Part shown: in pieces, positions 58,988-64,000 of the stretch
Layout of the letters: every line of letters begins with the position of its first letter
How positions within the stretch are numbered: position 1 is the stretch's first letter
Assembly (NCBI GenBank): GCA_964460605.1
Contig: CAYWPT010000001.1
Location: forward strand, 33,548 to 97,547
Source of the DNA: an uncultured Methanosarcinales archaeon
Lineage (GTDB): Archaea; Nanobdellota; Nanobdellia; Woesearchaeales; GW2011-AR9
Length of the DNA stretch: 64,000 nt
Direction: 5' to 3'
The notes under the pieces: generated by a model
What the model was told of the DNA's origin: nothing
Database searches by the model: none
What the model saw: the letters and a program-made list of their open reading frames with translations, nothing else
Translations under genes and position numbers: made by a program

Positions 58988-60274
58988 ATGGCAGATTATG
59001 TTACATTGAGTCTATTAGGTATTAGTTTAATTCTCCTATTCGGATTCTTCTCAGAATTTGTATTTAGAAGGTTCGGAATTCCGGATGTATTATTCTTAAT
59101 TGCACTAGGTTTTGGATTAGGTCCTTATGCATTAAAGTACCTCTCTCCAGATCAGTTTGCAGGAGCTGCACCCATTTTTACCACTTTCACCTTACTCTTT
59201 TTATTATTCGATGGTGCCTTTAACATAAATCTAAAATCTTTGATACGAGAATTTTCTCATTCTTTCTTACTAACAACTTTTAATTTTGTTATCTCTTCAT
59301 TACTCATTGCAGGGATTATGTATTTTTTTCAATTTCCAATTTCATCAGCACTCTTCACAGGTTTTGCATTAGGTGGTGTTTCTTCAGCTTTCGTGATACC
59401 AGTATTACAAGGAATGGATGTAAAAGGAAAGATTTATTCTCTCTTAGCTTTAGAATCTGCATTAACAGATGTTTTTTGTATCGTTTTTGCAATCACTGTT
59501 ATTGAAGTGATTCAATTAGGAACCTTGAGTGCGCAAACATTATTTTCATCAATCGTTTCTTTATTCGCTATTGCAATGCTCATCGGAGTTATTGCAGGAA
59601 TTTTATGGATCATATTAGTACTCAAAGTTTTCAAAGAACACAATTATATGATGACTATCGCTTTTCTTATCTTAATCTATGTGGTTACACAATTCCTAGG
59701 TGGGAACGGAGCGATCGCAACTTTATTCTTTGGTTTAATGTTGAACAACTCAAAACAACTCACGCATCTTACCAAAGAAATCTCTGGTGAAAATAATAAG
59801 AAGAAAACTAAAAAACAAAGGAAAGAAGATGCACCTACAAGCGTTACTACAAAGAACGAACAATTCTTTTACAGACAAATTTCATTTTTCTTAAAAACAT
59901 TCTTTTTCGTGTACATTGGAATTTTAATTGATCTGAGCGATATGAAAGCTTTAATGATTGGTATTATTCTCTCCTTCATTTTAATGGGAGCAAGATATGC
60001 ATCATTTATTCTTACCAAAGAGTTTGAATCCTTTAACAGAAAATTAGTAAATGTGATTTTCGCTAGAGGTTTAGCTGCAGCAGCTATCGCTCAAATTGCA
60101 ATCTCTAACGGAATTGCTGGCGCTGACTTTATAGCGAAGGTGATTTATGTAACTATTACTGGAACAATTATCTTAAGTTCACTGAGCGTATTTGTTATTA
60201 AAGTTCAAAAAAATAAAGCTGATTTATTAGTTAAAGCTCCTAAAAGAAAAAAAGGGGAAAAAACACTTTCTTAG
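58988..60274 (+). CDS. cation:proton antiporter (CPA/Na+/H+ exchanger family)
   Basis: 10-12 TMs with a CPA-like N-terminal pattern; K-rich loop insertion. Confidence 0.7.
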   Translation: MADYVTLSLLGISLILLFGFFSEFVFRRFGIPDVLFLIALGFGLGPYALKYLSPDQFAGAAPIFTTFTLLFLLFDGAFNINLKSLIREFSHSFLLTTFNFVISSLLIAGIMYFFQFPISSALFTGFALGGVSSAFVIPVLQGMDVKGKIYSLLALESALTDVFCIVFAITVIEVIQLGTLSAQTLFSSIVSLFAIAMLIGVIAGILWIILVLKVFKEHNYMMTIAFLILIYVVTQFLGGNGAIATLFFGLMLNNSKQLTHLTKEISGENNKKKTKKQRKEDAPTSVTTKNEQFFYRQISFFLKTFFFVYIGILIDLSDMKALMIGIILSFILMGARYASFILTKEFESFNRKLVNVIFARGLAAAAIAQIAISNGIAGADFIAKVIYVTITGTIILSSLSVFVIKVQKNKADLLVKAPKRKKGEKTLS

Positions 60275-60313
60275 ATGCAAAAGATTTAAAAGACTCAAGA
60301 TAGATATAAGCTT

Positions 60314-60850
60314 ATGACGCCATTTATTGAGCTCATTAAAAGTTACTTTTACCAAATCATTGTAGGATTTATTATGCTCCTTATTGGTTTTGGATTAGGA
60401 GTATTAGCAAAAAAATTCAGTAAGAAAGGACTCAAAGAGTTAGGTTTTAATAGAATTCTAAGAATTATTAACCTTCCTTATAATGGAGAAGAAATTATCA
60501 GTTCTTTATTATCTTACATTATTTATTTGATCACTGTTATCTTTTTCCTACAACAATTAGGAATCACCAGTATTGTACTTTACTTAGTTTTAGGAGCTGT
60601 GCTTATGATTATCACTTTAAGCTTTGTAGTAGGACTTAAAGATGTGGTTCCAAACTTTATTGCAGGATTAATCATTAAGAGTAAAGAACATATGAAAGCG
60701 GGTCACAGAGTAGATGTGAAAGAGATCCATGGACGTATTGAAAAGATTGGTTATTTGGAAACTGAAATTAAAACAGTACATGGAGATATTTTGTATGTTC
60801 CGAACACTTTATTCATTAAATCAAAAGTATTGCTTAGAAAAAAGGATTAA
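60314..60850 (+). CDS. small MscS-like mechanosensitive channel protein
   Basis: 3 TMs plus conserved 'GHRVDVKEIHGRIEKIGYLETEIKTVHGDILYVPN' beta-domain. Confidence 0.55.
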   Translation: MTPFIELIKSYFYQIIVGFIMLLIGFGLGVLAKKFSKKGLKELGFNRILRIINLPYNGEEIISSLLSYIIYLITVIFFLQQLGITSIVLYLVLGAVLMIITLSFVVGLKDVVPNFIAGLIIKSKEHMKAGHRVDVKEIHGRIEKIGYLETEIKTVHGDILYVPNTLFIKSKVLLRKKD

Positions 60851-61089
60851 GCACGCATTCCTTCTAAACTAGAAATAACATCCCATAACATTGTTTTAAT
60901 GTAAGAAGGTACGCCTTTGTTGTTGATATCTTCTAATTCTAAAATTGCTTTTTCAACACGTAAAGATTCTTCTTCTTCTTCTTTGAGAATTTTAACAACT
61001 TTATCAATATCTTCTTTTAGTTTTTTACTAGCATCTTGATCTTCTTTGATCATTTGTAATGCTTCAAAAATTTCTTCGTCAATTTGCAT
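60847..61089 (-). CDS. hypothetical acidic helical protein downstream of pfdB
   Basis: ORF only; start taken at the Met after the pfdB stop. Confidence 0.3.
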   Translation of the reverse strand: MQIDEEIFEALQMIKEDQDASKKLKEDIDKVVKILKEEEEESLRVEKAILELEDINNKGVPSYIKTMLWDVISSLEGMRA

Positions 61090-61090
61090 C

Positions 61091-61405
61091 TTATTTAATT
61101 TTCTTCTCTGGAATTGCATCTTTTTGCAAATCAGTGATAGATTTCTTTAAAGTTTCTTCTTGTTGCTCAATAGTCACTTTTCTTGTATCAAGAACTTTTT
61201 TTCTTTCCTCTAAATCTTTGATTAAACTTTCCTTATTTTTAGAGATCATTAATTTTCCCACAATTTTGTAAGTTTGAGTGCTTGATGGAAGTTCTTTTAG
61301 TGCAGAATCAAGTTCTAGAATTTCTTGCTGTACTTGCTGCTTTTGCATCATGTACTGCTGAAGATTTTGTTGCAATAATTGTAATTGCATAATACTATCT
61401 GACAT
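61091..61405 (-). CDS. pfdB: prefoldin beta subunit
   Basis: Q-rich coiled coils flanking a beta-hairpin 'TYKIVGKLMISKNKE'; 104 aa. Confidence 0.75.
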   Translation of the reverse strand: MSDSIMQLQLLQQNLQQYMMQKQQVQQEILELDSALKELPSSTQTYKIVGKLMISKNKESLIKDLEERKKVLDTRKVTIEQQEETLKKSITDLQKDAIPEKKIK

Positions 61406-61464
61406 ATTAAAAAATTCCCGTAATTTTTTATGTGCAAATAAGCCTTACCTGCTTATTTTGCATC

Positions 61465-61599
61465 TTATCTTGCTTTTACCTTAGCAGACGTTGATCTTGT
61501 CTTATGGACCATCTTGCCACCGCAGTAAGGGCATCTAACTCTTGTTGCAGTGTATTCTTCGTCCACTTTTTTGTCGCAATGAAAGCATTTATATTCCAT
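61465..61599 (-). CDS. rpoP: DNA-directed RNA polymerase subunit P (RpoP/Rpb12), 44 aa; missing from the ORF track
   Basis: I translated 'MEYKCFHCDKKVDEEYTATRVRCPYCGGKMVHKTRSTSAKVKAR*', a CxxC...CxxC zinc ribbon with the RpoP 'YKC..C' start; conserved position next to L37ae. Confidence 0.75.
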   Translation of the reverse strand: MEYKCFHCDKKVDEEYTATRVRCPYCGGKMVHKTRSTSAKVKAR

Positions 61600-61600
61600 T

Positions 61601-61798
61601 TTATTTAACTGTGTATGCCTTACCAGTAAACTTGTTCAAGCATTTTCTACATTCCCAAATTCCAACTGCTAATCTTTTAACAGCATCTTTGTTACAATGA
61701 GGACACTTATGTTTTCTCCTCTGTTCAGCTTCGATCTTAGCAAAAGACTTCTTAGGTCTTCTCCCATATCTTGCTCCAAATCTTTTTACTGATGACAT
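61601..61798 (-). CDS. rpl37ae: 50S ribosomal protein L37Ae (eL43)
   Basis: 'FGARYGRRPKK...KCPHCNK..VKRLAVGIWECRKC' C4 zinc ribbon. Confidence 0.9.
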   Translation of the reverse strand: MSSVKRFGARYGRRPKKSFAKIEAEQRRKHKCPHCNKDAVKRLAVGIWECRKCLNKFTGKAYTVK

Positions 61799-61820
61799 AT
61801 TTTTCTCCTTGAATATAAAA

Positions 61821-61934
61821 TGGTGGGGCTGCCCGGATTTGAACCGGGGTTATACGGTCCCAAACCGTAAGTGATAGATTGCCTAAAGGCATTTTAAGCG
61901 TAAAATAACCCTTACCAGGCTACACTACAGCTCC
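61821..61934 (-). tRNA. tRNA-Pro (TGG) candidate with ~36-nt insertion in the D-loop region (putative non-canonical intron) and genomically encoded CCA
   Basis: unambiguous 3' half: anticodon arm TACGG-TTTGGGA-CCGTA, V-loop TAAC, T-arm CCCGG-TTCAAAT-CCGGG, acceptor CAGCCCC-A-CCA; 5' half GGAGCTG-TA-GTGT-AGCCTGG... is separated from the D-stem 3' strand (TCAC) by an insert that folds as two hairpins. Confidence 0.5.
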
Positions 61935-62027
61935 ACAATGATTCATTTATAAAGATTGTGTTGATTTTCTCTTGAAATCTTTATAATTCGACAGGAAGCC
62001 TTCCTGTTTAAAAGATTTATGGTAATT

Positions 62028-63062
62028 CTAGAGTCTTATGAGCCCTTTAGGGAATTTGGTCAGAATCTTAGGCTTTTTCTGAAAAGCTATAGTATCTTCT
62101 ATTCGAAAACCGAATTTTTTAGGAAAATAGACCCCTGGCTCTATTGTGTAGACATGATTTTGTTCTATTTTCGCTTTTGATCCTGGACTCACTCGTGGCG
62201 CTTCGTGCACTTCAACACCAATTCCATGCCCTAATGAATGGAAGAAGTAAGAGGAGTATTTTCCTAGATTTTTTCTAGTCGCTTTGTCCAATTCATTGTA
62301 GGATAATCCTTCTTTACTCATGTTGATAGCTTTTTGTTGTACTTCGTTGAGAAAATCCCATTTTTCTTTTTCTTCTTTGCCCAATTTTCCTACTGCTAAT
62401 ACTCTCGTCATATCAGAACAGTAGAGATTCCTTTTTGCTCCAATGTCAATTAAGAGAGTTCCTGTTTTGAGTTTGTTTTTTCCAGTAATATGGTGAGGAA
62501 TCGCAGCGTTTTGTTTACTCGCAACAATTGTTGGGAAGGATAATTCTGCCCCTTGCTCTTTGATGTAGCGTTCTAAGTGGAATGCAACACTTGATTCTGT
62601 TGTGAATTTTTTTGCTGAATAGGCATCAACAAAACTTTGTAGTGCATCATCTGCTATTTTACAAGCAGCTCTAATTTTTTTTATTTCTGCATCTGTTTTT
62701 ACAGCTCTTAGAACTGAGAGTTCTTCATGGAAATTGTGAATCTTCACTTTTGGATATAATTCTTTGACTGTATCTAGAAAAGCTGCAGTTAATGATTCTT
62801 TATTGATTGCAACATTTTTTACTTTAAGATTTTTGAATTTTGTTTTCCATTTTTTGTCTATTGTTTTAACAGTCATGCCTAAAACTTTGTCCACATGATC
62901 CAATTTTGAGATATAAAAATCAGCTTTACTTGGCGTTATTAAAAGAAATGAATAGCTCGTATCTTTTTGTGTAAGCCAAGTGATATGTGGGTCTGGATGT
63001 ACTAAGAATAATAAATCAATATTTTTCTTTCTGAGAATCTTCTGTACTTCCTTGAGTTTCAT
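62028..63062 (-). CDS. pepQ: Xaa-Pro aminopeptidase / prolidase (M24B family)
   Basis: 'HSLGHGIGVEVHE' and 'YTIEPGVY' metal-ligand motifs; pita-bread-fold length. Confidence 0.85.
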   Translation of the reverse strand: MKLKEVQKILRKKNIDLLFLVHPDPHITWLTQKDTSYSFLLITPSKADFYISKLDHVDKVLGMTVKTIDKKWKTKFKNLKVKNVAINKESLTAAFLDTVKELYPKVKIHNFHEELSVLRAVKTDAEIKKIRAACKIADDALQSFVDAYSAKKFTTESSVAFHLERYIKEQGAELSFPTIVASKQNAAIPHHITGKNKLKTGTLLIDIGAKRNLYCSDMTRVLAVGKLGKEEKEKWDFLNEVQQKAINMSKEGLSYNELDKATRKNLGKYSSYFFHSLGHGIGVEVHEAPRVSPGSKAKIEQNHVYTIEPGVYFPKKFGFRIEDTIAFQKKPKILTKFPKGLIRL

Positions 63063-63172
63063 CTTCTTAGAGAATTATTTGATGTATATAAAGCTGAGTA
63101 TTCACAGGGTTAAGCCTATTTTATACGAATAAGAAAGCATTATATAGCTAAAAGATATAGTTTTTACTAATA

Positions 63173-64000
63173 ATGAAACGTTACATTTTGCCAAATGGTT
63201 TAACAGTACTCTACTCGAAAAAGAAAGGAAAAACAGCAGTAGTGCAAGCAATGGTCAAAGGCGGATCTGTAATTGAGAAGAAAGGGCAAAAAGGGATTTC
63301 ACATTTAATCGAACATTTAGCTTTAGAAGGTACTGAGAAAAGACCAAACGGGCAAAGTATAGCAAACGAGATTGAAAGTTTGGGTGGAGAGTTTAACGCT
63401 TACACCGCTTATTATCGTACAGCGTTTTATGCAAAGATTTTGAACAAACATTTTGACAAAGCTGTGGAAATTATAGCTGACGTTCTACAAAATCCATTAT
63501 TCCGAGAAAAGGATTTCAAAAGAGAACGAGGAGTTGTTCTCAAAGAAATTGATATGGTCTTTGATGATCCACGATATTATCAATGGGTCTTATTTCAAAG
63601 ATTAATGTACAAGAAGCACCCTTGTAAAACGCCAACCTATGGTGATAAAAAAGAATTGATGAAAATGACTAATGAAAATGTCAAAGAGTTCTTTTACAAA
63701 TATTATCATCCTAGCAATATGGTTATCTGCGTAGTAGGAGATTTACGTAATTGGAAACGAGTGGTTCGTAAATATTTTGGTAAGGTTAAGAAAAGAGATG
63801 TTACATTACCACGTATTGCTAAAGAGAAAGTTTCAGCTAAAAAAACAAGCCTAGTTGAGAAAAGAAAAACTGCTAACAGTTATTTAGTGATGGGTTTTCC
63901 TACAGTTACTCGTGATCATAAAGATAGTTACGTTTTAGATGTGATTCAAGGGATTTTAGGTCGTGGACAGAGTGGAAAAATCTTTGCTGAGCTTAGAGGT
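63173..64000 (+). CDS. M16-family zinc peptidase (pitrilysin-like), 5' partial at window end; missing from the ORF track
   Basis: inverted zinc motif 'HLIEHL' (HxxEH) with downstream 'E' region; the ORF is open to the end of the window. Confidence 0.75.
   Translation, partial: MKRYILPNGLTVLYSKKKGKTAVVQAMVKGGSVIEKKGQKGISHLIEHLALEGTEKRPNGQSIANEIESLGGEFNAYTAYYRTAFYAKILNKHFDKAVEIIADVLQNPLFREKDFKRERGVVLKEIDMVFDDPRYYQWVLFQRLMYKKHPCKTPTYGDKKELMKMTNENVKEFFYKYYHPSNMVICVVGDLRNWKRVVRKYFGKVKKRDVTLPRIAKEKVSAKKTSLVEKRKTANSYLVMGFPTVTRDHKDSYVLDVIQGILGRGQSGKIFAELRG

Noticed and set aside
1-64000. CRISPR arrays, cas genes or obvious defence systems
   Set aside because: I found no short direct-repeat arrays or Cas-like proteins; the only repeats are the IS inverted repeats and short palindromes

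Overview
The window is a 64-kb segment from an AT-rich (roughly one-third GC) archaeal chromosome. I assign it to an archaeon because it carries aRF1, eukaryote-type TrpRS, PCNA, Hef, NAC, Sec61beta, RpoP, L37ae, an A1A0-ATP-synthase operon, TATA-box promoters and BHB-type tRNA introns. It may belong to a small-genome DPANN-like lineage, but I cannot place it precisely. Genes are tightly packed and often overlap by 1-4 nt. Most of the content is housekeeping: translation, secretion (secF-secD, Sec61beta), replication and repair (gyrA, hef, PCNA, scpB), and a complete atpHIKECFABD operon. Several features are missing from the ORF track: an RNase P RNA, three or four tRNA genes, and the small Sec61beta and RpoP genes. 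Two of the tRNAs carry introns, one at a non-canonical position. A small mobile-element hotspot holds a LAGLIDADG endonuclease pseudogene and an IS with an A10 slippery site. Points I find most worth a second look are: a cluster of three small paralogous coiled-coil proteins of unknown function; an AsnB-Dph6 fused amidotransferase inside a segment with distinct codon usage; a bidirectional zupT-zur promoter with a Fur-type box; an extracytoplasmic disulfide-formation cluster (DsbA-like, CxxC membrane protein, VKOR); an S2P-like protein whose HExxH is replaced by IELGY; and a frameshifted udk. I found no CRISPR array and no evidence of an alternative genetic code. Every call was made by eye from the sequence and the ORF track, with no database search.
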